DNA of 64,000 nt from Candidatus Woesearchaeota archaeon (GCA_019323015.1 JAHWHY010000006.1:1008-65007); one strand, 5' to 3'. Numbered from the stretch's first letter, positions 17,239 through 26,173 are shown. Translations and numbers: made by a program. Notes: generated from the sequence alone by a model not told the origin.

Positions 17239-17649
17239 TCATTCCAGGGAATTTTTTATGGCCTGATGTATAGCATTCATCTCTTCATCTGGCAATTTGC
17301 CGTGAGGCCAGGTTTTCAGGCCGTCATTGTTGAATCTTGGAATGACGTGAAGATGAAAGTGAAAAACAGCTTGTCCTGCTGCTGCTCCGTTGTTTTGCCC
17401 TATGTTAAAGCCGTCTGCTTTAGTAGCTTCTTTCACTGCTTTTGAGACTTTTTTAGCTACTTTTGCAAGCTCTGCTAGCGTATCATCAGGCATGTCCAGA
17501 ATGTCTGTGTGATGCTCTTTTGGTATAACCAGTGTATGTCCTTTATGCACAGGCATTATATCAAGAAATGCAAGTATTTTGTCATCCTCATATACTTTCT
17601 GGCAAGGAATCTCTCCTTTTACAATCTTGCAGAATATGCAGTCTTCCAT
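17239..17649 (-). CDS. HIT-family (histidine triad) nucleotide hydrolase
   Basis: HFHLHVIPR triad motif and an N-terminal CxxC. Confidence 0.75.
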   Translation of the reverse strand: MEDCIFCKIVKGEIPCQKVYEDDKILAFLDIMPVHKGHTLVIPKEHHTDILDMPDDTLAELAKVAKKVSKAVKEATKADGFNIGQNNGAAAGQAVFHFHLHVIPRFNNDGLKTWPHGKLPDEEMNAIHQAIKNSLE

Positions 17650-17654
17650 TTAAC

Positions 17655-18401
17655 TCACCTCAAATGCTTATCAAACCATACCACTACAGGTTCTATTGCT
17701 TTTTTGTCAAATATGTGTGTTTCTTCAACGATTTTAATTGGCAGTTTTGCTGCTTTTGCTATTTTTTGTGCTTGTGCTTGTGCTACAATGTGATCATTTA
17801 GGCCATGCACTAGCAGAAACGGTATTTTTATTTTTTTAGCTAGGTTAAGTATGTCATATTTCTTGAAGTCTTTTAAGAATTCATACTTTAGCTGGCCTCC
17901 TTCAACTTCTGCCATTCCCTTGTTTGCCCATGCTTCGCATTCTTTTTTGTTTTTTATGCATGCTCTCATTGGCTTTATTGGATCATAGAATGCTCCGATT
18001 GCTGCAGCTGCTTTTATTTTAGTGTCTTTTGCTGCTTCAATTATTGCTGCAACAGCTCCGATGCTGTGGCCTACTAATCCTAATTTTTTTCTGTCTACTT
18101 TGTTAAGGGAATAAAGTGCTTCTATTGCAGATTGTATGTCCATGATTATCTGCGTCACTGTCGTATCTTCATAATTTCCTTCGCTCTTGCCATGTCCGCT
18201 ATAGTCAAATCTTAATACTATGAATCCTTTTTTGGATAATGCTTCAGAAAGATCAACTTTGTTTTGCGCATCCTTGTTTCCGCCTAAGCCGTGGCACACG
18301 ATAACAGCAGGATATTTTAGTTTATATTTTTCTTCAGGAACATAAAGGTCTCCCATTAGTGTCTGTCCTTTGTTGTTCTTGAAGCTTATTTCTTTTTTCA
18401 T
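17655..18401 (-). CDS. alpha/beta-fold hydrolase
   Basis: GHSIG nucleophile elbow; 248 aa. Confidence 0.65.
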   Translation of the reverse strand: MKKEISFKNNKGQTLMGDLYVPEEKYKLKYPAVIVCHGLGGNKDAQNKVDLSEALSKKGFIVLRFDYSGHGKSEGNYEDTTVTQIIMDIQSAIEALYSLNKVDRKKLGLVGHSIGAVAAIIEAAKDTKIKAAAAIGAFYDPIKPMRACIKNKKECEAWANKGMAEVEGGQLKYEFLKDFKKYDILNLAKKIKIPFLLVHGLNDHIVAQAQAQKIAKAAKLPIKIVEETHIFDKKAIEPVVVWFDKHLR

Positions 18402-19036
18402 GGTAGAACAGTATCTAGTTCTGTAAGGTCTTTTATCTTTTCAGGCCACTCTCTTGAGCCTTTTCTGTCTACTAGAATTGCGTTTACTCCTGCATTTTTT
18501 GCTCCCTCTATGTCTGTTGGGATGCTGTCTCCTACCATCAATGCATCTTCTTTCTTTACTTTTAGTTTTTTGAGCGTGTTTTCGAAAAGTTCTTTGTCTG
18601 TCTTCAGATAACCTGTTTCCCAGCTTAATGCAACCACATCAAAGTATTTTCCTAGTCCAAATTTTTCAATTACAGGCTCTACAGAATTATTTGGAGAGTT
18701 TGATACTATTGCTAGTTTGTATTTTTTCTTTTTCAGTTCTTCTAAGACATTGATTGTTTCTGGGTATAATTTAGCTAATAGCTTGTTTTTATTCCAGACA
18801 CCTATTAGTTTGTCTATTATGAATGGTTTTGGCTCTATGTTAAATGCCTGGCAGACCTCTGTAAAGGCGCTTGTCTGGTCTTCATGAGGTTTTGTCATTA
18901 GCACTGATTCTGTTTTTATCACAAAGTCTGAGAATTTCATTCTAACTCGAAGTATGTTATATGTCTGCCTCAGAGGAGAATAAGTTCCGTTTTCTACTAA
19001 TGTTCCCCAAAAATCAAATAATACTGCTTTTGCCAT
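18398..19036 (-). CDS. HAD-superfamily hydrolase
   Basis: DFWGTL motif I and a GDSxxD motif near the C-terminus. Confidence 0.65.
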   Translation of the reverse strand: MAKAVLFDFWGTLVENGTYSPLRQTYNILRVRMKFSDFVIKTESVLMTKPHEDQTSAFTEVCQAFNIEPKPFIIDKLIGVWNKNKLLAKLYPETINVLEELKKKKYKLAIVSNSPNNSVEPVIEKFGLGKYFDVVALSWETGYLKTDKELFENTLKKLKVKKEDALMVGDSIPTDIEGAKNAGVNAILVDRKGSREWPEKIKDLTELDTVLP

Positions 19037-19093
19037 TTTCCCCCAATACAGTAATGATTACTTGTCCTTTAAAAAGGTATCGATATAAAAGCA

Positions 19094-19197
19094 TGGACTG
19101 GGCGGGACTTTCAATAAAGGGCTTGAAGCCCCTCACATTTGAACCCGCAGCCTCTCCGCTGCCAGCGGAGCGTTCTACCAGGTTGAACTACCAGCCC
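19094..19197 (-). tRNA. tRNA-Ala (anticodon GGC) with a 29-nt intron between the T-loop and the 3' T-stem
   Basis: Reverse complement GGGCTGG TAGTTCAACCTGGTAGAAC G CTCCG cuGGCag CGGAG AGGCT GCGGG TTCAAAT[GTGAGGGGCTTCAAGCCCTTTATTGAAAG]T CCCGC CCAGTCC A. Carries the G3:U70 Ala identity pair. Confidence 0.75.
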
Positions 19198-19251
19198 ACA
19201 GGTCAAAAATACCGAATTTTATTTATAAAACCTCTGCTTTTAGGCCTAAAT

Positions 19252-19671
19252 ATGAAGATAGAGGAAAGCAGGATACTGTACCAGCCAAGGGTCATCTGGC
19301 TGATCATCAGCGAGTGGATGGATACTCTTGCGATATTCATGAATTCAAGAGTGTATATGCTTGTTGACAAGAACAAGCTTATTTCTATTTGTTGCATCAA
19401 GAATTTTGGCAAGGTTAAAGAGTTGGGTGTTGTCATAACAACAAAAAAGTTCAGGAAAAAAGGTTATATGGCAAAGCTGTTGAATCAGGTGCTTAAGTAT
19501 TATGGCACGCTTTATTTGATTTGTCTGAAACAGCTTGAGAATTATTACAAAAAATTTGGTTTTAAGACAATAAGAAAAGCTCCTTGGCCATTGCGAATTC
19601 GTGCAGGCCCATATAATTTCTTTGCAAACTTGTTTGGTTGGGAAAAAATTGTTTACATGAAGAGAAAATAG
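19252..19671 (+). CDS. GNAT-family N-acetyltransferase (putative)
   Basis: Start re-called at MKIEESR because the upstream part of the ORF overlaps the tRNA. ~139 aa with a GNAT-like KKGYMAKLLNQ / YYKKFGF core. Confidence 0.45.
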   Translation: MKIEESRILYQPRVIWLIISEWMDTLAIFMNSRVYMLVDKNKLISICCIKNFGKVKELGVVITTKKFRKKGYMAKLLNQVLKYYGTLYLICLKQLENYYKKFGFKTIRKAPWPLRIRAGPYNFFANLFGWEKIVYMKRK

Positions 19672-19890
19672 CTATTTTCTTACTGCTAATCGTATATCTC
19701 CGTCATTTACTGTTTTTCTTCCTGCGTGTTTTGAGATCTTTACTGCCTGGCTTGCTATGTCCTGTGCTTTATCTTCTATTATTTCAACAAGAACGTCTAG
19801 TGCATCTGAACTAATCCTCTGCGCACCTGCCTGCATCATTATTCTTGCAAGCGGTGCTTTAGGAATAGTCGTGGCTCTTTTAACTGCCAT
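19672..19890 (-). CDS. archaeal histone (HMf/HTa family histone fold)
   Basis: 72 aa: PKAPLARIMMQAGAQRISSDA...AVKISKHAGRKTVNDGDIRLAVRK, a canonical archaeal histone. TATA ATATATAAAT and SD GGGGGAT upstream. Confidence 0.85.
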   Translation of the reverse strand: MAVKRATTIPKAPLARIMMQAGAQRISSDALDVLVEIIEDKAQDIASQAVKISKHAGRKTVNDGDIRLAVRK

Positions 19891-19966
19891 GATTATAAGA
19901 TCCCCCTTTGGTCTTTGGTAAAGTATTTAAAAATGAGCTTATTTATATATCTTTCTATTAGTATTC

Positions 19967-20875
19967 TTACTTAAGTTTCTGTAAATATCTAACAGCTTCT
20001 AGCAAGGCAACGCATCCTTCTCCTGCTGCTACGATTATTTGCTTTTCTACTCCGTCATTCACGTCTCCTGCTGCAAATATTCCTGGAACACTTGTCTGCA
20101 TCTCTTTGTTTGCTATGATTTCTCCTTTGTCATTCTTTTCAACAATATCGATGAACTGTGTGTTTGGTATTAATCCTATCTCTATGAATACGCCGTCTGT
20201 TTTCAAGCTTTTTTTCTCTTTATTATGTTCATATTCAATTCCTTTCACGAATTTGTCTCCTGTTATTGCTTTTGTGTCTGCTTTTGTTATGATTTCAAGG
20301 TTTTTCATTGCTTTAAGTTTATCTAATAGCACTGGTTCTCCCTGTATTTTGTCTCCCCAAACCAGCATGTAGATTTTCTTGGCGTATTTTTCGAGTATCA
20401 TTGCTGCCTCTATTGCAGAATTTCCTCCGCCGATTACAGCAACTGTTTTTCCTTTGTATAATGGAGCGTCGCATGTTGCGCAGTATGTTACTCCTTTGCC
20501 GTATAGTTCTTTTTCTCCAGGCACGTTCAGGTGTCTTGGTTGTTTTCCAGAGGCAATTATCACTGTTTTTGTCTGGTATGTTCCTTTTTTTGTTTTTAAC
20601 TCAAAGTTTTTGCCTTTTTTCTTGACAGCTTCCACCGGCTCCTGCTCGCGGACCTCTATCTTGTATTCTTTTAGGTGTTCCTGGAATTTTTCAACTAATT
20701 GCTCTCCTGACAGTGTGTGGAAGCCTAGGTAGTTTTCTACTTCTGTGCTCCAGAGTGTCTGTCCGCCTATGTTTCCTGTTAGAACTATGAAGTTGATTTT
20801 TTGTCTTGCTGCGTATATTGCAGCGCTTAGGCCTGCAGGCCCTCCGCCTATTATCACAAGGTCGTATACGACCAT
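19967..20875 (-). CDS. trxB: thioredoxin reductase
   Basis: GGGPAG FAD motif, CATCDA redox-active disulfide and GGGNSA NADPH motif. Confidence 0.8.
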   Translation of the reverse strand: MVVYDLVIIGGGPAGLSAAIYAARQKINFIVLTGNIGGQTLWSTEVENYLGFHTLSGEQLVEKFQEHLKEYKIEVREQEPVEAVKKKGKNFELKTKKGTYQTKTVIIASGKQPRHLNVPGEKELYGKGVTYCATCDAPLYKGKTVAVIGGGNSAIEAAMILEKYAKKIYMLVWGDKIQGEPVLLDKLKAMKNLEIITKADTKAITGDKFVKGIEYEHNKEKKSLKTDGVFIEIGLIPNTQFIDIVEKNDKGEIIANKEMQTSVPGIFAAGDVNDGVEKQIIVAAGEGCVALLEAVRYLQKLK

Positions 20876-20887
20876 AATATCACCCTT

Positions 20888-21235
20888 TTATTTTACAATG
20901 ATTTTAGCAGATTCTCCTTCTCCCATCTCTATTGCTCCGCCTGTATATACTATTGTGCTGTTTGCTACTTGCGGCGGTTGTGTTTGTGCTGCTGTTGTTA
21001 TTGGAGGCACTGTTGTGTTTTGTGTATTGTTTTCAATGCTTGTGTTGCTTTCTGTTTTATTTTCCAGTATTTTTGGAGGCATAACTGTTATTTCCTGCTT
21101 TACCTCAACTTCAGGCTCTTTTGGTACTGTCTTGCTCTCTGTTTCATTCATGCCTGCCAATTCTTCTGCTGGCGGAACACATGCTATTACCAGAAGTAAT
21201 AGGCTTATTGCTGTTAGTATATGTATTGCTTTCAT
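20888..21235 (-). CDS. secreted lipoprotein, T/N/P-rich, hypothetical
   Basis: Signal peptide plus VIAC lipobox. Confidence 0.5.
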   Translation of the reverse strand: MKAIHILTAISLLLLVIACVPPAEELAGMNETESKTVPKEPEVEVKQEITVMPPKILENKTESNTSIENNTQNTTVPPITTAAQTQPPQVANSTIVYTGGAIEMGEGESAKIIVK

Positions 21236-21256
21236 ACAGCTTGGTTTAGAAGGGAT

Positions 21257-22105
21257 TTATTTAAACTTTTCTGCCTGGTTTAAGAACTCTACAAAGGAAT
21301 TGATGTGCTTTAAGTATTTCTTAAATGCCTCTTGTAACATCTCTGGCGTGATTTTTCGGTCAGGGTGCGGCTTTAGTATCATTTCTTCTATATATTTTTG
21401 TTTTTCTAGAATGTCTGACTTGAAGTTTTGCGGGTCTCTTAGAAGTTCTATTGCGCGGAATATCTGCTGTATCATTCCGCTTGTGTGGGTCTGTTCTATG
21501 TGGTTCTTAAGCTTTTCATAATCAAATTTTTCGCCAGGGAACTTGTTGAAGTATATCCATGCAAGCTGCTTGCTGAATGCTCTCATCTCAGCGTTGTCCA
21601 TTATGTAAAACAAGTACCCCTCAAATTCGCCTGTTGGAAAGCTTTCTGTATGGTGGAATATGTGATCGCATTCATGGTATATGCTTGTTATGACCAATGT
21701 TAGATTGTGTTCTAGCTGTCCTTGGTTCTCTGACTCATCTATTATTCCCGTCATGATGGATATTCCTGCATATTCGTCATCTATGATGTCGCAATGGGCA
21801 TATGCCGAGCCCCAGGATTTTCCTATGGGTATGCTTATGGGCTTTTTGCAGATATCTGGAAAATTTTCCAGCAAGTAGGGATCAGTTACCCAGAATTTCT
21901 TCATCTTGTCATTTTTTTCCCAAACCTGGAATATGCACTTTCGAAAGGGTATGGGCTTTTTTTCTTCAAATTTTTTCTTGGCAAATATCTTTGCTGCAGC
22001 GCGGAACTTGTCTGCAATAAAATTTGCAAACAGTATTGATGCCTCCTCTTCTTTGGTGTATTTTATTAATCCCAGTTCTTTTGCAATGTCGCGAAACAAT
22101 TCCAT
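21257..22105 (-). CDS. hypothetical protein with an HExxH motif (putative zinc metallohydrolase)
   Basis: YHECDHIFHH. No other recognisable domain. Lies directly downstream of lgt. Confidence 0.4.
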   Translation of the reverse strand: MELFRDIAKELGLIKYTKEEEASILFANFIADKFRAAAKIFAKKKFEEKKPIPFRKCIFQVWEKNDKMKKFWVTDPYLLENFPDICKKPISIPIGKSWGSAYAHCDIIDDEYAGISIMTGIIDESENQGQLEHNLTLVITSIYHECDHIFHHTESFPTGEFEGYLFYIMDNAEMRAFSKQLAWIYFNKFPGEKFDYEKLKNHIEQTHTSGMIQQIFRAIELLRDPQNFKSDILEKQKYIEEMILKPHPDRKITPEMLQEAFKKYLKHINSFVEFLNQAEKFK

Positions 22106-22147
22106 GATAAGAAGCAGATGGTTCTGGCTTATTAATTTTTCTATGTT

Positions 22148-22897
22148 CTACTTTCTAATCCTGTACAGCAAATAAACTCCTGCTATGAACATAGGAATAT
22201 TCAGGCACTGTCCCATTGTTAATGGGCCTATCATTAGTTCTGGTTCTCTGACATACTCTGTCAAGAATCTGAAGACAGAATATAATATCAAGAACCATCC
22301 AAGAAGATATCCTGGTTTTCTCTTGAGGTTGCGTTGAAAAAACAAGAATCCAAATATTACTAAATTATATGCTGCTTCATAAAGTTGTGATGGGTGCCTG
22401 AAGCCTTCTGCAGAGGGAAACTTTACTCCCCAAGGTAAGGAAGTAACCCTTCCATACAGTTCTCCATTGATGAAATTGCCGATTCTTCCAAACACTTGTG
22501 CAAGAGCTAATGGAACAACAAAGACATCGCATAATTGAAGAAAGCTTATTTTTTTCTTTCTTGAAAACGCATATCCTGCTATCAAGACTCCTATTAATCC
22601 GCCATGAAAACTCAAGCCGCCGTGCCATATTGCTATTATTTCAGAAGGGTTTGCAATATAGTAAGACGGATTATAGAATATGATCTCCCCTAGTCGTGCT
22701 CCTATAATCAATGCTGCTACAAGCCAGATCATCAGGTCATCAAGGTCTTTCAGTGTAATCTTAAGTGTCTTCTTCTTTACAGCTGCTCTTGCATAAAGAT
22801 AGATTACAATAAAGCTTAGGACATACATCAAGCCGTACCATCTTACTTCTAGAGGCCCTAATGAAAGAATCACTGGATTTAGATTATGAGTCCACAT
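22148..22897 (-). CDS. lgt: prolipoprotein diacylglyceryl transferase
   Basis: Exact match to the Lgt PROSITE signature G-R-x-[GA]-N-[FYW]-[LIVMF]-N-x-E-x(2)-G as GRIGNFINGELYG, plus RWYGLMY and HPSQLYEA motifs. 7 predicted TM helices. Confidence 0.8.
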   Translation of the reverse strand: MWTHNLNPVILSLGPLEVRWYGLMYVLSFIVIYLYARAAVKKKTLKITLKDLDDLMIWLVAALIIGARLGEIIFYNPSYYIANPSEIIAIWHGGLSFHGGLIGVLIAGYAFSRKKKISFLQLCDVFVVPLALAQVFGRIGNFINGELYGRVTSLPWGVKFPSAEGFRHPSQLYEAAYNLVIFGFLFFQRNLKRKPGYLLGWFLILYSVFRFLTEYVREPELMIGPLTMGQCLNIPMFIAGVYLLYRIRK

Positions 22898-22898
22898 T

Positions 22899-23690
22899 TT
22901 ACATCTTTTGTATTGTTAATGATATATAAATCCTTGCTATTGTCATTGCAGGAAGCAATAAGATAAATCCAATTATGATTCCTGCTAAAGGATGTATAGA
23001 AGCCAGTAATTTTATCACGATATTAAGCGCGAGTAAATATACTGCAATCAATAATATTGATGGCAATAACTGCTTTATCTTGCTTGTGCCGGTGCTTATG
23101 CTTTTTCTGAGATTTAGTTTTATATAGGATATGACTGCAAAGTATGCTATGAATATCAGGTAAAACACCAGTACAACATTTAGTGTGTTTGATGCTTGTG
23201 TCTGCATTAGTGTGCTTATGAGTATTTTTCTTATGTCTACAACAAGCCCTAATGCATAGTAAAGTGCAAAAAGGATAAACCATAATATGTTTAAGAGCAG
23301 GAATTTTTTGAGGTAATCAAGATACTTTATTTTCTTTCCAGTGAGCTGTAAAGCTATTTTCCAATTAACTGCCTGAAAGATACAATAAGTCAGGTATGTT
23401 GTGGCTGCGAGTATTAATAAAAGCCAGATTATGTTGTTGAAGTATGGTGCAATCACTTCTGATGATAGTGCAGAGAACATGCTTTGGCTATCTCTTGTTG
23501 CTGTTTTTACTGCCTCTCCTGCGTGTGCTCCTATTATGTTGACATTAGCCATTAATTTGAGGTATATTGGTGCTGTTGCAAAGCCGTAAACAAAAAAGAA
23601 CAGAATGTCAAGGAATATGCTTAGAAAAAACAGTTTTTTGTTGTCATATGCTGTTCTGATGGCTTTTTTTAGCAGTGTGGTCTCTTTCAT
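22899..23690 (-). CDS. polytopic membrane protein, hypothetical
   Basis: Start re-called at MKETTLLKK, giving a 4-nt overlap with the upstream small gene. 6-7 TM helices. Confidence 0.45.
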   Translation of the reverse strand: MKETTLLKKAIRTAYDNKKLFFLSIFLDILFFFVYGFATAPIYLKLMANVNIIGAHAGEAVKTATRDSQSMFSALSSEVIAPYFNNIIWLLLILAATTYLTYCIFQAVNWKIALQLTGKKIKYLDYLKKFLLLNILWFILFALYYALGLVVDIRKILISTLMQTQASNTLNVVLVFYLIFIAYFAVISYIKLNLRKSISTGTSKIKQLLPSILLIAVYLLALNIVIKLLASIHPLAGIIIGFILLLPAMTIARIYISLTIQKM

Positions 23691-23821
23691 GCTATTGACT
23701 CTATTAGTGCTTGTGCTCCTGGCGTGGGAAAGAGAATGTCCAGGTTTGCTATGACCCACGCGAGCACGACTATGATAATTAAAAGTATAATAATAAGAAA
23801 AATATCTTCTTTTTTAGCCAT
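23687..23821 (-). CDS. 44-aa single-TM membrane protein
   Basis: MAKKEDIFLIIILLIIIVVLAWVIANL.... Operonic spacing with its neighbours. Confidence 0.35.
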   Translation of the reverse strand: MAKKEDIFLIIILLIIIVVLAWVIANLDILFPTPGAQALIESIA

Positions 23822-23823
23822 GT

Positions 23824-24012
23824 TTATAACATTCCAGTGAAATACATGACCAGCACTACTACCACAACAAGTGCTATTATTCCCCAAATTGCCAGCTTGA
23901 TCTCAGGAGCACAGGTTGTTGACTCAACTCTATAAACTGGTGCTGGTTTTGGCCTGAATTTTAATTTTGGTTTTGACTTTTTAGTTTTCCTTCTTTTTTT
24001 CTTCTTAGCCAT
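23824..24012 (-). CDS. 62-aa protein with a polybasic N-terminus and a C-terminal TM
   Basis: MAKKKKRRKTKKSKPKLKFRPK...IWGIIALVVVVVLVMYF. Confidence 0.4.
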   Translation of the reverse strand: MAKKKKRRKTKKSKPKLKFRPKPAPVYRVESTTCAPEIKLAIWGIIALVVVVVLVMYFTGML

Positions 24013-24050
24013 TACTATTACACCCCCTTTTTTACTTAAATATAAAGTTT

Positions 24051-25112
24051 CTATTTAAAAATGTTTCTATCTTTGTAGAGTGTTTTTGCAAATGGGTAAA
24101 GGATTGCCTTTATGATGTCTGGCCTGTACCATTTTGCAAAGAAGGCAAGTGCATCTGTTTTTTCTGCTTTTTTTAGTATTGACACATATTGTTCACTGCT
24201 GGCATAGGAATATCGCAGGCGGTTTGAGATTCCTTGTTTTAGAATTGCCCCAAATTCGTCTTTCCATAGAGTGTCGTAATTTTTGTGTTCTATTATGCTT
24301 TTTGCCGCGAGATAGCCTGAAGTTATGGCATACATTATTCCAAAGCCGAAAAGATAGTCTTGGAATCCTGCTGCTTCTCCGGCATAGCGTCTTTTGTTCT
24401 TGATGGCAGAATCTCTTATCTGGAAGTTTATGCCGCAGCCAATGGGCTTTTTGTTTTGAATCTTGAATTTCTTGAGTTTCTGGAATCTTTTGATTGTTTT
24501 ATCAACTAATTTTTGTGCGTTTTTTTTCTGGTCACTGAAAATGCAGGTGATCAGGCATGCTTGCTTGTTGACCACGATAAGGTAAGCATATAACTCAGGG
24601 GATAGTTTGTCATCTGCAATAGACATTACTGTGTTTGGCAGGTCTGTCTTGAATTTAATGCCTTCCCCCACTGCTATGTGTTTTGCTGCGCCTGTTGCAA
24701 CAATGTCTGCCTTGCTTTCAGGCAGTCTTTTCTTGAATATTATTTTCACTCCTGCTTCTAGTGCCTGTTTTTTCAAGGACGCGTCTAATGTGCCTTTTGC
24801 ATTTCCTCTCTGGATAAGATAGCAGATTGGCTTTTTGGATTTAAGCAGGTATTTTCTGGATTTATAATCATACATCTCAAATGATTTCATGGGCGTATAC
24901 TTGAACAAGGGCTTTATGTTCATTCTTTTCAGTGCTTTTAAAGTGTCTTCATCTGTTGTCCAGTTCTCAAGTCCCTGAAAGTCACCGTTTGACTTGAAGC
25001 CCACGTCAGAATTTTGTTCATATACTGTTGCTTTGTATCCTGCTTTTGCAAGATTGATTGCAGCAGAAAGTCCTGCAGGCCCTGCTCCTGCTATTTTTAT
25101 CTCTTTTTTCAT
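24051..25112 (-). CDS. geranylgeranyl reductase-family FAD-dependent oxidoreductase
   Basis: GAGPAGLSAA Rossmann/FAD motif; 353 aa. Family typical of archaeal lipid saturation. Confidence 0.65.
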   Translation of the reverse strand: MKKEIKIAGAGPAGLSAAINLAKAGYKATVYEQNSDVGFKSNGDFQGLENWTTDEDTLKALKRMNIKPLFKYTPMKSFEMYDYKSRKYLLKSKKPICYLIQRGNAKGTLDASLKKQALEAGVKIIFKKRLPESKADIVATGAAKHIAVGEGIKFKTDLPNTVMSIADDKLSPELYAYLIVVNKQACLITCIFSDQKKNAQKLVDKTIKRFQKLKKFKIQNKKPIGCGINFQIRDSAIKNKRRYAGEAAGFQDYLFGFGIMYAITSGYLAAKSIIEHKNYDTLWKDEFGAILKQGISNRLRYSYASSEQYVSILKKAEKTDALAFFAKWYRPDIIKAILYPFAKTLYKDRNIFK

Positions 25113-25186
25113 AGCATTAAGAATAATTTTGTACTATAAAAACTTATCTCAGAAAAACTTATATACTCTTTTGTATTAATAAGATT

Positions 25187-25510
25187 ATGCATGAGGGGTT
25201 TATTGCTCAGGAATTGATTGACAAGGCTAAGGCACAGGGCACTGTGAAGAAGATTGTGGTTGAAGTGGGTGACTTGGCTCACTTGCCTGCAGATGAATTA
25301 AAAGAGGCCCTGGAAAAAAGAGTTGATTGGAAGATTGAGATAATCAAGGTTCCTGGTCTTGTTGAGTGCAGGTGCGGTTACAAGGGGGTGCCTAAGATTC
25401 TTGAGAAAGCTCATGATTTAACGCTTTTTGAGTGCCCCCAGTGTCATAACATTCCTTTTAAGATTTTGAAAGGAGAGGATATTGTCCTTAAGGATGTGGT
25501 GGTTGAATAA
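25187..25510 (+). CDS. hypA: hydrogenase nickel-insertion protein HypA
   Basis: MHE N-terminus and C-terminal CxxC...CxxC zinc site; 107 aa. Confidence 0.8.
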   Translation: MHEGFIAQELIDKAKAQGTVKKIVVEVGDLAHLPADELKEALEKRVDWKIEIIKVPGLVECRCGYKGVPKILEKAHDLTLFECPQCHNIPFKILKGEDIVLKDVVVE

Positions 25511-25728
25511 TGTGTTTGGCTATTCCTGGGAAGATAATAGAAATAAAAGGCAGCACTGCTGTCATTGATTATGGTTTTGAGAAAAGAGAAGCTAATGCTT
25601 CTTTGATTGATGACTTGAAGGTGGGGGATTTTGTGATTGTTAATGCAGGCTTTGTGATGGACAAGGTTCCTGAAGAGCAGGCTTTGAAATCACTTGAAGC
25701 TTGGAAAAATGCTGGAAAAAATGGTTGA
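25510..25728 (+). CDS. hypC: hydrogenase assembly chaperone HypC
   Basis: MCLAIPGKIIEI N-terminus; 72 aa. Confidence 0.85.
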   Translation: MCLAIPGKIIEIKGSTAVIDYGFEKREANASLIDDLKVGDFVIVNAGFVMDKVPEEQALKSLEAWKNAGKNG

Positions 25729-26173
25729 GACTCGTGAAGAAGTTTTTTTTAATTATGCTCGGCAATGCCTTTCTTTTTTGAAAGGAAATGCCAGAGTTCC
25801 TGAGGCTGTTTATGAGCAGTTGGTCAGGCATAGGGAAGAAGGGACTGTTCCTGCCTGGGATTTGATAGAAAAAGCATTTATTAATGCAATTCCAGAATAC
25901 TGGAAATTTGTAAGAGCTAATAAATTGGATGAGTATTCTCCTGATTCTGTGCGCAGGTTCTGGCTTGAGCACCATAATACTTATGCAAACAAGGAATGTC
26001 ATGTTTTTGTTGGTTTGGTTGAATCAATTAGTGATGATGGGAATGGCAGCCCTGTTTATACAGTTAAATGCCCTGGCTTTTGCAGGAAATTTTCAGGCAA
26101 GTGGTTTAGGGATGCTAAGTTTGGTGACAGGATTTCTGTGCATTTAGGTTTTGCCTCAGAGAAATTAAAATGA
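25721..26173 (+). CDS. hypothetical protein embedded in the hydrogenase maturation cluster
   Basis: Start re-called at MVETREE (8-nt overlap with hypC). 150 aa with a C-terminal CPGFC pair. No recognisable family. Confidence 0.5.
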   Translation: MVETREEVFFNYARQCLSFLKGNARVPEAVYEQLVRHREEGTVPAWDLIEKAFINAIPEYWKFVRANKLDEYSPDSVRRFWLEHHNTYANKECHVFVGLVESISDDGNGSPVYTVKCPGFCRKFSGKWFRDAKFGDRISVHLGFASEKLK

